A stretch of 64,000 bases of DNA. It comes from Candidatus Methanosuratincola verstraetei. GTDB lineage: Archaea; Thermoproteota; Methanomethylicia; Methanomethylicales; Methanomethylicaceae. The DNA is taken from the NCBI GenBank assembly GCA_049570475.1, contig CP186953.1:736001-800000 (forward strand), in the 5' to 3' direction. Positions 1 through 10,034 of the stretch are shown here, in pieces. Position 1 is the first letter of the stretch. Each line of letters starts with the position of its first letter. Made by a program: the position numbers and the translations under genes. The notes under the pieces were generated by a model. That model saw only the letters and a program-made list of their open reading frames with translations, was not told where the DNA came from and searched no databases.

Positions 1-128
1 CTGGCATGGTCCTCTATGATCTCCGCGACGCCAGACCTCTCATCCACGACCACGATTACCCTGGCGTGGGGGGAGATCCACCTCTTGCCGGAGAGGGCAT
101 TCTTCAGATCTTCCAAGGTGCCGGGCAT
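1..128 (-). CDS. Methanogenesis marker protein 11 (DUF1743-like), N-terminus only; runs off the window edge
   Basis: Manual translation of the minus strand gives MPGTLEDLKNALSGKRWISPHARVIVVVDERSGVAEIIEDHA, resembling the Mmp11 start 'EDLKEKF..PWIAPY.KV...VD.....EIVEYH'. Not in the ORF track. Confidence 0.6.
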   Translation of the reverse strand, partial: MPGTLEDLKNALSGKRWISPHARVIVVVDERSGVAEIIEDHA

Positions 129-183
129 TTCGATCGACCCACAAATCAACTGCGCTGCCTTGGAATAAAAACTTCCTATCGAT

Positions 184-1770
184 CTACTTCTCGGATAGCC
201 TGGACCTGGACAGCGGGATGCCCTCGCCCCTAGGCACAGGTATCTCGATCACCAGGGGGCCGTCTGCGCCCGCTATCGCATCGACGACATCCTGCGGCGA
301 CCTTGCCCTTATGGCACCAACGCCATGCGCCTCTGCGAGCCTCACGTAGTCAGGGGGCGAGGCGTAGTCAACGCCGATGGTCCTCCCGTATACGGACTCC
401 TGGAGCTGCCTGATCAGCCCGAGCGTTCCGTTGTTGAAGACGCAGACCGCGACCGCTATGCCGTTCTCCCTCATCGTGGAGAGCTCAGGGGCCGCCATCT
501 GGAACCCGCCGTCCCCCACGACTGCAATAACCCGCTTGTTGGGGAGGGCGACCTTCGCGCCCATCGCAGCCGGGATCGAGAAGCCCATCGCCGAGAGGTT
601 CCCGGAGAAGATGATGCCCCTGGGGTGGGTGACCCGAATAGCCTGCATCGCCCAGACTGTGTGCTGGCCGATGTCCACCGCGAAGATCGCATCCCTGAAC
701 CCGGCGATCGCCTTGGCGTACCCCTTTGCCACCCCATCAGTATCGGCAGGGGCGGCTTCGCCTGGCGACCAAAACTGGCGCGAAAGATACTTCACCCTCG
801 GCAGCAGCGCATCAACAAAGGCGCCGACATCCGATCTCACCCTTGAAGTGGCGATCGGGGAGAAGTTCCTCGGCTCTATGTCGACCTGGATCACTGGGCA
901 CCTCGGCTTCTGGCCGACGATAGTCATGTTCGTGAGCCTGCAGCCGAGCGAGATCAGCAGATCGCACCTATCGAGCGCCCTGTTGGCAACCTCGATCCCC
1001 CTCCTGCCGACCGGGCCCAGGGCTTGCGGCGCGTCCTCCGGCACAGCCCCCCTCCCCATGTAGGAGGAGACGACTGGGGCGCCTATCGCAGACGAGAGAG
1101 CCAGGATCCCTTCTCCGCAGCCAGAGAGCGCCGCGCCCCTCCCGACCAGGATCAGCGGCGCCCTTGATCTCGAGATCTCGTCCAAGACCGAGGATATATC
1201 AGCCGGGTCGGGCTCGCATCTCGATATGGCGGGCAGATACCCCTTCTCCGAGGAGGGCATCCTCTGGACGTCTCCAGGCAGCGCGATGTGGACAGGACCA
1301 GGGCACCCCTCCATGGCAGTTCGGTACGCCTCAGCGACGAGGTCGTGAGCAGCCGCAGGGTCCCCGATGAGCACGGACGACTTGGTAACGGGCCGGAAGA
1401 TCGCCTGGAGATCGATGTCCTCGACCCAGCCCCGCCCAATCTCATCCCTGGGGACGTGCCCGGTGACGACCATCACCGGCGAGTGGTCCTTGTAGGGGGC
1501 GGCAGTCCCGGCTGCGGCGTTCACTGCGCCAGGGCCCGCTGTCGCGATGCAGAGACCGAATCCCCCGGATGCCCTTGCGTACCCGTCGGCAGCATAGGCG
1601 GCATTCTGCTCGTGGCGGACCAGGATGTGCCTTATCCCAGACTCGAGCAGTGCGTCATAGAGGGGAAGAGACCACATCCCGGGCATGCCGAAAGCCGCGC
1701 GCGCCCCAAACCTCTCTAGGGCGCTCACGACCACCTGGGATGTGTTCAGGCCCCTCCCCAAACCCATCAC
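184..1770 (-). CDS. ThDP-dependent enzyme, acetolactate synthase large-subunit family, with non-canonical active-site motifs
   Basis: [21 protein letters not shown], and the GDGGF...NN ThDP motif; start overlaps the hacB stop. Confidence 0.85.
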   Translation of the reverse strand: MMGLGRGLNTSQVVVSALERFGARAAFGMPGMWSLPLYDALLESGIRHILVRHEQNAAYAADGYARASGGFGLCIATAGPGAVNAAAGTAAPYKDHSPVMVVTGHVPRDEIGRGWVEDIDLQAIFRPVTKSSVLIGDPAAAHDLVAEAYRTAMEGCPGPVHIALPGDVQRMPSSEKGYLPAISRCEPDPADISSVLDEISRSRAPLILVGRGAALSGCGEGILALSSAIGAPVVSSYMGRGAVPEDAPQALGPVGRRGIEVANRALDRCDLLISLGCRLTNMTIVGQKPRCPVIQVDIEPRNFSPIATSRVRSDVGAFVDALLPRVKYLSRQFWSPGEAAPADTDGVAKGYAKAIAGFRDAIFAVDIGQHTVWAMQAIRVTHPRGIIFSGNLSAMGFSIPAAMGAKVALPNKRVIAVVGDGGFQMAAPELSTMRENGIAVAVCVFNNGTLGLIRQLQESVYGRTIGVDYASPPDYVRLAEAHGVGAIRARSPQDVVDAIAGADGPLVIEIPVPRGEGIPLSRSRLSEK

Positions 1771-2261
1771 TTCTGCTCCCGCTTTACTTGCGCTTTGTAG
1801 TACTCAACGAGCCCGCCGCTCTTCAGTATCTCCTGCAGGAACGGGGGCAGCGGCGTGGACTTGGCCTCGCCTTTCGGGGTCTTCACGATCCCCCTGTCGA
1901 GGTCTATCTCTATCACGTCCCCCTCCTCGACCATCCCGCTGATCCCCTTCGCCTCGACGAGCGGAAGGCCGTTGTTTATCGCGTTCCTGAAGAAGATCCT
2001 TGCGAAGCTTTCTGCCACGACAGCCGCCACGCCAGCCCACTTTATCGCGAGCGCAGCCTGCTCCCGGCTGGAGCCGCACCCGAAGTTCTTACCAGCCACG
2101 ATTATATCCCCTGGCTTGACCTTGGAGCTGAACCCAGGGTCGACCCCCTCCAGCACGTGCTTCGGCCAGACGGACTGGTCGACTGATCTGAGGTACTTGG
2201 CAGGGATTATCACATCGGTGTCGATGTCGTCTCCGAACTTCCAAACCCTTCCCCTGATCAT
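1767..2261 (-). CDS. Homoaconitase / isopropylmalate isomerase small subunit (LeuD/HacB/AksE family)
   Basis: [13 protein letters not shown] loop, [22 protein letters not shown]. Confidence 0.9.
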   Translation of the reverse strand: MIRGRVWKFGDDIDTDVIIPAKYLRSVDQSVWPKHVLEGVDPGFSSKVKPGDIIVAGKNFGCGSSREQAALAIKWAGVAAVVAESFARIFFRNAINNGLPLVEAKGISGMVEEGDVIEIDLDRGIVKTPKGEAKSTPLPPFLQEILKSGGLVEYYKAQVKREQK

Positions 2262-3508
2262 CTAAGGAACCTCCTTGGGTCGGTGATCTTTCCCTCCACC
2301 GCGGACGCGGCCACGGTTTGCGGCGAAGCCAGGTAGACCGAAGAGCTCCTAGCGCCCATCCTGCCTATGAAGTTCCTGTTCGATGTTGAGACGGCGACCT
2401 CGTTCTCACCGATGACCCCCATGTGGACGCCCAGGCACGGGCCGCAGCCGGTGACGCCTATCATCGCCCCCGCCTCAAGGAAGATGTCGAGGAGACCATC
2501 CCTCTGCGCCTTCATGTGGACCTCCTTGGACGCAGGGACGACTATCATCCGAGTGTCCTGGTGGACCCTCCTTCCCCTGAGTATCCTGGCTGCCTCGTAG
2601 AGGTCCTCGTACCTCCCGTTTGTGCATGATCCCAAGAAAGCCTGGTCGACATGTGCGCCCTCGACCTCCCTCACGGGCTTGACGTTGGCGACGCTGCCCG
2701 GGCAAGCCACGCAGGGCTCCAGCGACCCGGCATCGACCTCTACCAGTTCATGGAATGCGCCCGAGTCTGAGCTGAACCGCTTCCCATCCCTCCCGAGGAA
2801 GGCAACGGTCTTCTCGTCAGCCTCTATGAAGCCGGTCTTCGCCCCCATCTCGACCGCCATGTTGGACATGGTCATCCTGGAGGACTGGGACATTGCCCGC
2901 ACTGCCTCACCCGCGAACTCGAGCGCCTTGTAAGTCGCGCCGTCGGTCCCGATGACCCGCGTGATCTCAAGGATGAGATCCTTTGAGGAGACTGCCTCGC
3001 GGAGGGTGCCCCTGCACTCGACCCTGATCGTCTCAGGCACCTTCATCCAGGTCTTCCCGGTCGCGAGTATGAATGCCAGATCGGTTGCCCCCACCCCTGT
3101 GGAGAAGAGGGCGAAGCTACCGAGCGTGCAGGTGTGCGAGTCAGCCCCGAAGACGACCATCCCAGGCGCCACGTACCCCTTCTCTGGCACGACCTCATGG
3201 CATATTCCCTCCCCCATGTCGTGGAACTTCTTAAGCCCCTGCTCCCTTGCGAACTTCCTCACCCTGGCTTGGAGGGTTGCCGCCTGGTCGCTGTATGGCG
3301 GGACTGAGTGGTCGAAGACGATGCTGAAGCTGTCAGGGTCCCTTATCCTTTCGACGCCCATCCGCTTGAGCGCGTCTATGACCAGGACGCCTGTGCCGTC
3401 GTGGCAGTAGGCGAAGTCGACGGGGCATTCAACGAACTCGCCCGCTGAGACCCTCCTGCCGACCTTGTCGGATATGATCTTCTCTACCGCTGTGCTTGCC
3501 ATAGCCAT
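2258..3508 (-). CDS. Homoaconitase / isopropylmalate isomerase large subunit (LeuC/HacA/AksD family)
   Basis: GICH, DSHTCT, GSCTNGR, CGPCLG, SNRNF.GRMG aconitase motifs; exact start uncertain (3502-3514). Confidence 0.9.
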   Translation of the reverse strand: MAMASTAVEKIISDKVGRRVSAGEFVECPVDFAYCHDGTGVLVIDALKRMGVERIRDPDSFSIVFDHSVPPYSDQAATLQARVRKFAREQGLKKFHDMGEGICHEVVPEKGYVAPGMVVFGADSHTCTLGSFALFSTGVGATDLAFILATGKTWMKVPETIRVECRGTLREAVSSKDLILEITRVIGTDGATYKALEFAGEAVRAMSQSSRMTMSNMAVEMGAKTGFIEADEKTVAFLGRDGKRFSSDSGAFHELVEVDAGSLEPCVACPGSVANVKPVREVEGAHVDQAFLGSCTNGRYEDLYEAARILRGRRVHQDTRMIVVPASKEVHMKAQRDGLLDIFLEAGAMIGVTGCGPCLGVHMGVIGENEVAVSTSNRNFIGRMGARSSSVYLASPQTVAASAVEGKITDPRRFLR

Positions 3509-3584
3509 AATCACAATCCTTGCCTTCTTATCACCAATCGAATATTTTTATTTGTTTATCAGACGATGGATTAGAAAACGATCA

Positions 3585-4112
3585 TCAGGGGAACAATTTC
3601 AGCCGCAGCTTTGTCAGGTCCTCTTTTATCTCGAACCGCCTATCCATGCCCCTCAGTATCTCCTCGAGGAATGTCCTTATGAAGCGCTTGATTTCAGGGG
3701 ATCCGAAGACCAAAACGTAGCCCTCCTGACCCATGGACATCCTGAAGAAGTTGCAAGCCTCGAGACGCACGAGTATCTGGTCGATGCCCATCCCGCGGAA
3801 TTGCTCGGCGTGGTTAGCCGCGACTGCCTTGTGCGACTCAGGCCATTTGGTGGGGGATTCCGATCCTTCGGCGATCTTCAGCAAAACCAACAGGTGGTCA
3901 AGGTCCAGAACGACATGCTCGCCGCTTTGGAGCATCTCCCAGTATACCTTAAGGCGATCGAGGTCCTTCCGCTCCAGGTTTCTGAATTCGTAATAAAGGC
4001 GCAGGGCCCGCCTTATCACATTGCTTTGGGACTCGCCGCCTGAGGTCAATTCTTGGAAGATCCGTTCGGACTCGGGGTCGAGCGCAATGCTTGTGCGTTT
4101 GGGCACGCTCAT
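3585..4112 (-). CDS. Ribbon-helix-helix (CopG-like) regulator with a C-terminal putative ligand-binding domain
   Basis: N-terminal KRTSIALD...SQSNVIRRALR RHH pattern; divergent from amtB. Confidence 0.7.
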   Translation of the reverse strand: MSVPKRTSIALDPESERIFQELTSGGESQSNVIRRALRLYYEFRNLERKDLDRLKVYWEMLQSGEHVVLDLDHLLVLLKIAEGSESPTKWPESHKAVAANHAEQFRGMGIDQILVRLEACNFFRMSMGQEGYVLVFGSPEIKRFIRTFLEEILRGMDRRFEIKEDLTKLRLKLFP

Positions 4113-4261
4113 ACCAAAAAGAGATGGGCGGGTCAGATAAATATTTTATTGCATTTTCATAAAAAATATGAAATTTTATTACCGTAACTAGTGTTTTAAT
4201 AAATAATTTTTTATACCATTCCTAGAACTATTGCTATTTTGTACAAGAAGAGGAGTCGGAT

Positions 4262-5590
4262 ATGAACATAGTGTATGCCAATTCGGCACAGATTTACTCG
4301 AGCGTTCAGAGTGGGGCGCTTTCGGCCACGTACGGCATAGAGAATGCCATAGACACGACATGGATACTTGTTGCCGCATTTCTCGTCTTCTTCATGAATC
4401 TCGGCTTCGCGATGCTGGAGAGCGGCATGCAAAGGGCCAAGAACACCAGCAACATATGCATGAAGAACTTGGTGACGCCCGCCATCGGAGGGTTGGCATT
4501 CTTCATTGTTGGGTTCAGCCTCGCATTCGGGGCGGACATCCTTGGGTTCCTGGGAAACCCGACCGATCTGGCAATGCTTGGGCATCTGAGCGCGTTAGAC
4601 ATATGGCCAAACACGAATGTCACATCTTATGCGTACTTCCTGTTCCAAATCATGTTCGCAGCAACTGCGGCTACAATAGTCTCGGGCGCGGTTGGCGAGA
4701 GGATAAAGTTCATCGGTTACATAATCTTCACAGTGGCGATACTCACAATCACATACCCGCTCGTGGCGCACTGGGTTTGGGGCGGGGGGTGGCTCGCGCG
4801 CATCGGGATGATAGACTTTGCGGGATCCGCGGTGGTCCACCTCACCGGGGGTGCGGCCGCACTCGCAGGTGCCATTGTGCTGGGCCCCAGGATCGGCAAG
4901 TACGCTGACGGCAAGGTCAACCTTATACCAGGACACAACATCTCACTCTCCACAATCGGGGTGCTGGTGCTCTGGTTCGGGTGGTTTGGGTTCAACCCAG
5001 GGAGCACTGCGGCTGCAACGGTTCCGAGCATCGCTACCATAGCAATAACTACTAATATCGCAGCAGCAGCCGGCGCCCTGGCGGCAATGGTTACTGCTTG
5101 GGTCCACATCGGGAAGCCCGACATCGGCATGACCATAAACGGGCTCCTTGCGGGTCTTGTTGCAATAACCGCAGGGTGCGCCAGCGTGAGCCCCGGGGCT
5201 GCAATGGCAATCGGCGGCATAGCCGGGATCCTCGTCGTATTCTCAGTCGAGTTCATCGACAAGATCCTGAAGGTCGACGACCCAGTGGGAGCGGTATCGG
5301 TTCATGGAGTTGGCGGAGCTTTCGGAGCGCTGGCGGTCGGCCTCTTCGCCGACAGCTCATTCTCGGGCGGTGTGAGCGGGCTCCTGTTAGGCGGAGGGGC
5401 TTCACAGCTGGCTATCCAATTGGCAGGGGTCGGTGCGATATTTGCATTTGCTTTCAGCACGTCTTACCTCGCTTTCAAAGCCATTGACTATGCAATAGGA
5501 TTGAGGGTCAGCGAGGAGGAGGAGACGATCGGTTTGGACATCTCTGAGCACGGCATGAGCGCATATCCGGACTTTGAAGTTCCGTCATGA
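4262..5590 (+). CDS. amtB: Ammonium transporter Amt
   Basis: GFAMLESG, FQIMFA, DFAGSAVVH, WFGWFGFNPG, DDPVGAVSVHG; multiple TM segments. Confidence 0.97.
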   Translation: MNIVYANSAQIYSSVQSGALSATYGIENAIDTTWILVAAFLVFFMNLGFAMLESGMQRAKNTSNICMKNLVTPAIGGLAFFIVGFSLAFGADILGFLGNPTDLAMLGHLSALDIWPNTNVTSYAYFLFQIMFAATAATIVSGAVGERIKFIGYIIFTVAILTITYPLVAHWVWGGGWLARIGMIDFAGSAVVHLTGGAAALAGAIVLGPRIGKYADGKVNLIPGHNISLSTIGVLVLWFGWFGFNPGSTAAATVPSIATIAITTNIAAAAGALAAMVTAWVHIGKPDIGMTINGLLAGLVAITAGCASVSPGAAMAIGGIAGILVVFSVEFIDKILKVDDPVGAVSVHGVGGAFGALAVGLFADSSFSGGVSGLLLGGGASQLAIQLAGVGAIFAFAFSTSYLAFKAIDYAIGLRVSEEEETIGLDISEHGMSAYPDFEVPS

Positions 5591-5601
5591 GGCGACATGG
5601 C

Positions 5602-6030
5602 ATGAAACTGGTGATAGCATACATAAAGCCTGAAAAACTCGAGGACGTAAAGAGGGAGCTGGACTCCAGAGAAGTATTCAGGATGAGCGTGACCAAGGCA
5701 AAGGGGTGCGGGGAGACAAAGGGATACGTCGAGAGCTACAGGGGGGTGAAGAAAGACGTCTACCTCTTGCCGAAGCTACGGCTTGAGATTGCGGTCAACG
5801 ACGACTTCGTGGAGACTGTCGTCGAGGGGATAATCAAAGCAGCGAGAACCGGCAAGATAGGGGACGGCAAGATATTCATCCTCCCCCTGGAGGAGTGCGT
5901 CAGGATAAGGACGGGCGAACGTGGGCCCGATGCGGTGGGAGGTTGGAGCAGGTACTCAAGCAAGCATGCACCGAACCAACGCACCTGGAGACCCGAGGAA
6001 CAAAAACCCAAAGAGGCGGGCGCTTCTTGA
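5602..6030 (+). CDS. glnK: Nitrogen regulatory protein P-II with a C-terminal extension
   Basis: MKLVIAYIKPEKL, YRG T-loop, TGKIGDGKIF, RIRTGE; directly after amtB. Confidence 0.93.
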   Translation: MKLVIAYIKPEKLEDVKRELDSREVFRMSVTKAKGCGETKGYVESYRGVKKDVYLLPKLRLEIAVNDDFVETVVEGIIKAARTGKIGDGKIFILPLEECVRIRTGERGPDAVGGWSRYSSKHAPNQRTWRPEEQKPKEAGAS

Positions 6031-6156
6031 ACGTGCATTATTCCTCTAATAATTTCTATTTTTTTAGCGAAAAACTTACTGTACTTAAGAAAAGGTTTAT
6101 ATTTTTAAACCTCTTAATGTAGAGCCTTACCGTTTTCCAAACAAGGGGTATAGATC

Positions 6157-7068
6157 ATGTGCGGAATAGCAGGCGTGTTGCTTAACGGGAGGGGGGATGT
6201 AGGGCACCTCCTAACACTGATGCTAGGGGGGCTTCAGCACAGGGGGCTCGACTCTGCAGGTGTCGCCCTCTACCGGAGCGAAGAGCTGCCAGGCGACGAG
6301 TTCATGATAAGGGTCTTCACGAAGGATGTGATAGGCGCGCTGAGCAAGATCTCATCAGCAATAGCCAGAGCCGGCGGCGACATCAGGAACATAAAGCTCA
6401 ATTCCATAAGGGGGTACAGCTTCGACCTGTACACGGTCAAGGCTCAGGAGAAAGACTTGCCCCAGATGGTCAAGAACATAAATGAAACTGAGCTCTCGAA
6501 GGTACTTAGCATAGGCAGGAAGATGGACATAATAAAGGATACAGTCTCAGTAGAGGAGCTGGACAGGAACTTTGATGTAAGTAGCTTCGTAGGCAGCCAT
6601 GGCATCGGGCATGTGAGGTTCTCAACCGAGAGCTGCGTCGACCTTTTCCACGCCCACCCCTTCCAGTCTTTCGACCACATAGATGTGGCCTTGGTCCACA
6701 ACGGGCAGATAACGAATTACTGGAAGACCAGGGAGAAGCTCGAGCAGAAGGGGGTCAAATTCCAAACCGAGAACGACTCGGAGCTCATAGTGCACTACAT
6801 AATTGACAGGCTTAAGGCCGGTGACTCGCTCTACGATGCGCTGAAGGCATCTGTTGAAGAACTGGACGGTCCATTCTCCTACATATTCTCGACAGAGAAG
6901 GAGCTTGGAATGGTAAGGGACAAGCTTGGGTTGAGACCAATGGTCATTCTTGATGCGGAGGAGATGAAGGCGGTCGCCTCGGAGGAGAATGCATTGCGCA
7001 TCTTGAACAGGAAAGGGATAATCAGAAACGTTAGACCGGGGGAGGTAATTTGCTGGAAAATAGCCTGA
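6157..7068 (+). CDS. Class II glutamine amidotransferase, glutamate synthase domain 1 (GltB1/GlxB-like)
   Basis: N-terminal MCGIAG, HRG.DSAG, GHVRFST, HNGQI.N, NDSE. Confidence 0.9.
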   Translation: MCGIAGVLLNGRGDVGHLLTLMLGGLQHRGLDSAGVALYRSEELPGDEFMIRVFTKDVIGALSKISSAIARAGGDIRNIKLNSIRGYSFDLYTVKAQEKDLPQMVKNINETELSKVLSIGRKMDIIKDTVSVEELDRNFDVSSFVGSHGIGHVRFSTESCVDLFHAHPFQSFDHIDVALVHNGQITNYWKTREKLEQKGVKFQTENDSELIVHYIIDRLKAGDSLYDALKASVEELDGPFSYIFSTEKELGMVRDKLGLRPMVILDAEEMKAVASEENALRILNRKGIIRNVRPGEVICWKIA

Positions 7069-9164
7069 AGGAAATAGATGCAAGCAGGATGAGCGTGAGG
7101 GAGCTCAACCTTGCTCTGAAAGGGGTTACTGATGGAGAACACATTTTGATAGAAAACCCGAAGGGGATGCACCACATTGCAGCCGGGCTCGGCTCGAGAT
7201 GCACGGTTGAGATCGAAGGATCAGTAGGCTACTTTGCAGGAACCATGATCAACGGACCAGTAATCAGGATCAGGGGCAATGCTGGCTGGTTCTTAGGAGA
7301 CAACATAACCGCAGGTGAGATAGTCGTCGAGGGGCACTCCGGGAACGGCACGGGTCAGGGCCTGTACGGCGGGAGATTGGTTGTAAAGGGGGATTGCGGG
7401 GACAGGGTAGGCGCATTGATGAAAAATGGTTTGGTGGTGGTGGGGGGCGACTCAGGAATAATGACTGGGCTTTACATGATGGGCGGTGAGATCATAGCAC
7501 TGGGGAGGCTCGGAGACAATGCCGGAGAATCGATGGTGGGCGGAAAGATATTTTTCTCCGGACCGGAGCCGGCGCTGGGGAAGAACGCCAAGGTCGAGGA
7601 TGCGAGCGATGCCGAGTTAGAGAATGTCGAGAGAATTCTAAGGGACTACGGCCTTGCAGCTCCAAAAATGAGGAAGATCGTACCAGAAAACCCGAGGTAC
7701 TTCCGCAGGTCGGAGGGGAGCATCTGGAACGTCAGGAGAGAGAGGAACAGGTACAGGGTGGAGATTGACCACGGGGCGTGCGAGGTATGCGGGGTTTGCG
7801 CGAGAGTTTGCCCTCAACAGGTGTTCAAGGAGGTCAAGCAAGGATACATGGCACCCATAAACGATTTCGAATGCGTCGGATGCGAGACCTGCGTCGAGTA
7901 CTGCAGGCAGAGGGCAGTGAGGGTCTACCCGGTCCAAGAGACAGGGAAATCAACCTGGAGCAGGCGGGAAATCGACGAGATCCAGATCAAGGCAGCAATA
8001 GGCAGGGCGCCAGTAAGAGGCATGGGGGCATGGAAAAGGTTCCCCCACTTCGACGACCTGGTGTTCCTATGCGCTCAGAATTCCAGACCGCCAATTGACC
8101 ATTACAGGGAGCCGTGTGAGACCGAGATAGTGCTGGGCAAGGGGAGGGCTGAGAGACCGCTGAGGGCGGCTGCGCCGATTCTGGTGGGTGCGATGTCGTT
8201 CGGCGCGATGAGCAAGGAGGCTAAACTCGCAGTTGCCATGGCAACCTCAAGGGTCGGGATCCCCACAAACACCGGGGAGGGGGGCATGCTTCCGGAGGAG
8301 AGGGGGCTCGCCTCCATACTCATTGCGCAGTACGCGTCGGGGAGGTTTGGGGTCTCGGCTGAGTATCTTCGCTCTGCCGATGCGGTCGAGATCAAGATCG
8401 GACAGGGCGCAAAAGGCGGGCAAGGCGGGCTGCTCATGGGCGAGAAGGTAACGGAAGAGGTCGCCAAGGTCAGGGGCTTGCCGCCAGGATCGGATGCGAT
8501 CAGCCCTGCCAGGCACCTTGATATAGTGGGTCCGGAGGACCTGAAGATGAAGATCGAGCAGCTCAGGGAGATCACGGACTGGAAAGTCCCAATAATCGTG
8601 AAGTATTCAGCAGGTAGGGTCGGGGATGATGTGAAGATAGCTGCCAAGGCGGGAGCGGACGTCGTAGTCATCGACGGGAAACAGGGCGGCACTGGGGCTG
8701 CCCCGGACATTGTGATTGAGCACGCCGGCTTGCCCACGCTCCCTGCGCTCGTTGAGGCGGAGAGGAGCCTCAGAGAGCTCGGTATGAAGGACAAGGTAAG
8801 CCTAGTGGTCTCAGGGGGGATAAGGAATGGAGCTGACATTGCGAAGGCCATTGCCTTGGGGGCAGACGCAGTCGCAATCTCGACAGGAGTGCTGGTAGCC
8901 ATGGGTTGCAGGACCTGCGGGCTGTGCTCAACAGGAAGGTGCCCGAGGGGGATCACGACGCAGGACCCTGTGCTCAGGAAGCGCCTCAAGGTGGAGGAGA
9001 TGGCAGCCAGGGTTGAGAACTATCTTAGGGCAATAATAGAGGAGCTAAAGATGTTCACCCAGCTCTCAGGGAAGACCTCGATCAGGAGCCTGGAGAAGGA
9101 CGACCTCAGGGCGATCACCACAGATGCTGCTGCAATCACAGGGGTGAAGCTTGTAGGGACGTGA
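7050..9164 (+). CDS. Glutamate synthase-related fusion: GXGXG domain + 2x[4Fe-4S] ferredoxin + FMN domain
   Basis: Gly-rich repeats, then two CxxCxxCxxxC motifs, then AMSFGA, NTGEGG, EIKIGQGAKGGQGG, C..C..C..G.CP. Confidence 0.9.
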   Translation: MLENSLKEIDASRMSVRELNLALKGVTDGEHILIENPKGMHHIAAGLGSRCTVEIEGSVGYFAGTMINGPVIRIRGNAGWFLGDNITAGEIVVEGHSGNGTGQGLYGGRLVVKGDCGDRVGALMKNGLVVVGGDSGIMTGLYMMGGEIIALGRLGDNAGESMVGGKIFFSGPEPALGKNAKVEDASDAELENVERILRDYGLAAPKMRKIVPENPRYFRRSEGSIWNVRRERNRYRVEIDHGACEVCGVCARVCPQQVFKEVKQGYMAPINDFECVGCETCVEYCRQRAVRVYPVQETGKSTWSRREIDEIQIKAAIGRAPVRGMGAWKRFPHFDDLVFLCAQNSRPPIDHYREPCETEIVLGKGRAERPLRAAAPILVGAMSFGAMSKEAKLAVAMATSRVGIPTNTGEGGMLPEERGLASILIAQYASGRFGVSAEYLRSADAVEIKIGQGAKGGQGGLLMGEKVTEEVAKVRGLPPGSDAISPARHLDIVGPEDLKMKIEQLREITDWKVPIIVKYSAGRVGDDVKIAAKAGADVVVIDGKQGGTGAAPDIVIEHAGLPTLPALVEAERSLRELGMKDKVSLVVSGGIRNGADIAKAIALGADAVAISTGVLVAMGCRTCGLCSTGRCPRGITTQDPVLRKRLKVEEMAARVENYLRAIIEELKMFTQLSGKTSIRSLEKDDLRAITTDAAAITGVKLVGT

Positions 9165-9200
9165 AGATCGGCTGCTGAACTCGCTCCATATTCATTTTTG

Positions 9201-10034
9201 CTAACCCAGGGCGCTTGCCAGGATCAATGGCAGCAGGTAGCTGGTCTTCGATCTCGAGGTGTCAATGAAGGTCTTCGGCAGCGCTGTGGCACATGCCCCG
9301 TAGCTTTGCACCTTGCCCACGAGCGCCAATGACCTGAATATGAGGTTCCCGAATACCCCATCCGGTGCGAGAATCAAAGTAAAGCCCTCGTCGACAGCCC
9401 GCTCAATCTCCACCCCGAAATTGGCAGCATCGATCCCTTTCGATTTCAGTGCTCCAACTAGAGCATCAGACGAATCAAGCATCCTGTCTACGCGTGAGGA
9501 TCTCCCCCTGTCCTCGAGCCTCCCCCCTGAGATGACTGCCACCCTGAAGGGCATGCCCAACCTTGAGGCCAGGCGACTGCACCCATCTACAACGTTGAGC
9601 AGATCCCCTTGGGAGTCGCCCTCGTCTATGCCAACAGGGGCTAGCATCACCAGCCTCCCTTCGACCTCAAGGAGCGAAGCCCTACAGAGATTGGTGCAAC
9701 CGAATGCGCTTCTTAGCTCAGGGACGACCTTCCTCGAGCTCAGGTTCCCCCTAACTGCAGAGTCGACCACGCCCCCCTTCAGGAGTTGGACGAGGTCTTC
9801 CCAGGGCGATGGGGAAATGATCGCGGGTATCTCGTTCCCGACAACGCCTTCAGAGTCCTCTTCGTTCCCAGGCAGGCGATCGGCAACCAGCAAGGGCTCA
9901 ATATATCGCTCCCTAGTCGCGAAGAGAAGAGAGTTGAGGAGGAGAGGCGAGGTCTTCGAGGAGAAGTCGCAGCCTATCGCGACCCTTGCCCTCCTCTTCA
10001 GCGCCATTTCGTGTATCAGTAGGCTGCCGATCAT
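9201..10034 (-). CDS. mtxX: Methanogenesis marker protein Mmp4/MtxX
   Basis: VDSAVRGNLS, LAPVGIDEG, SGGRLED.GRS..VD, APDG..GNLIFR, IDTSR; ATGA overlap with the upstream gene fixes the start. Confidence 0.85.
   Translation of the reverse strand: MIGSLLIHEMALKRRARVAIGCDFSSKTSPLLLNSLLFATRERYIEPLLVADRLPGNEEDSEGVVGNEIPAIISPSPWEDLVQLLKGGVVDSAVRGNLSSRKVVPELRSAFGCTNLCRASLLEVEGRLVMLAPVGIDEGDSQGDLLNVVDGCSRLASRLGMPFRVAVISGGRLEDRGRSSRVDRMLDSSDALVGALKSKGIDAANFGVEIERAVDEGFTLILAPDGVFGNLIFRSLALVGKVQSYGACATALPKTFIDTSRSKTSYLLPLILASALG

Noticed and set aside
184-3508. Calling these genes ilvB-leuD-leuC
   Set aside because: Altered AHAS motifs, the YLRS loop and the methanogenesis-marker context argue against a plain branched-chain amino acid operon.
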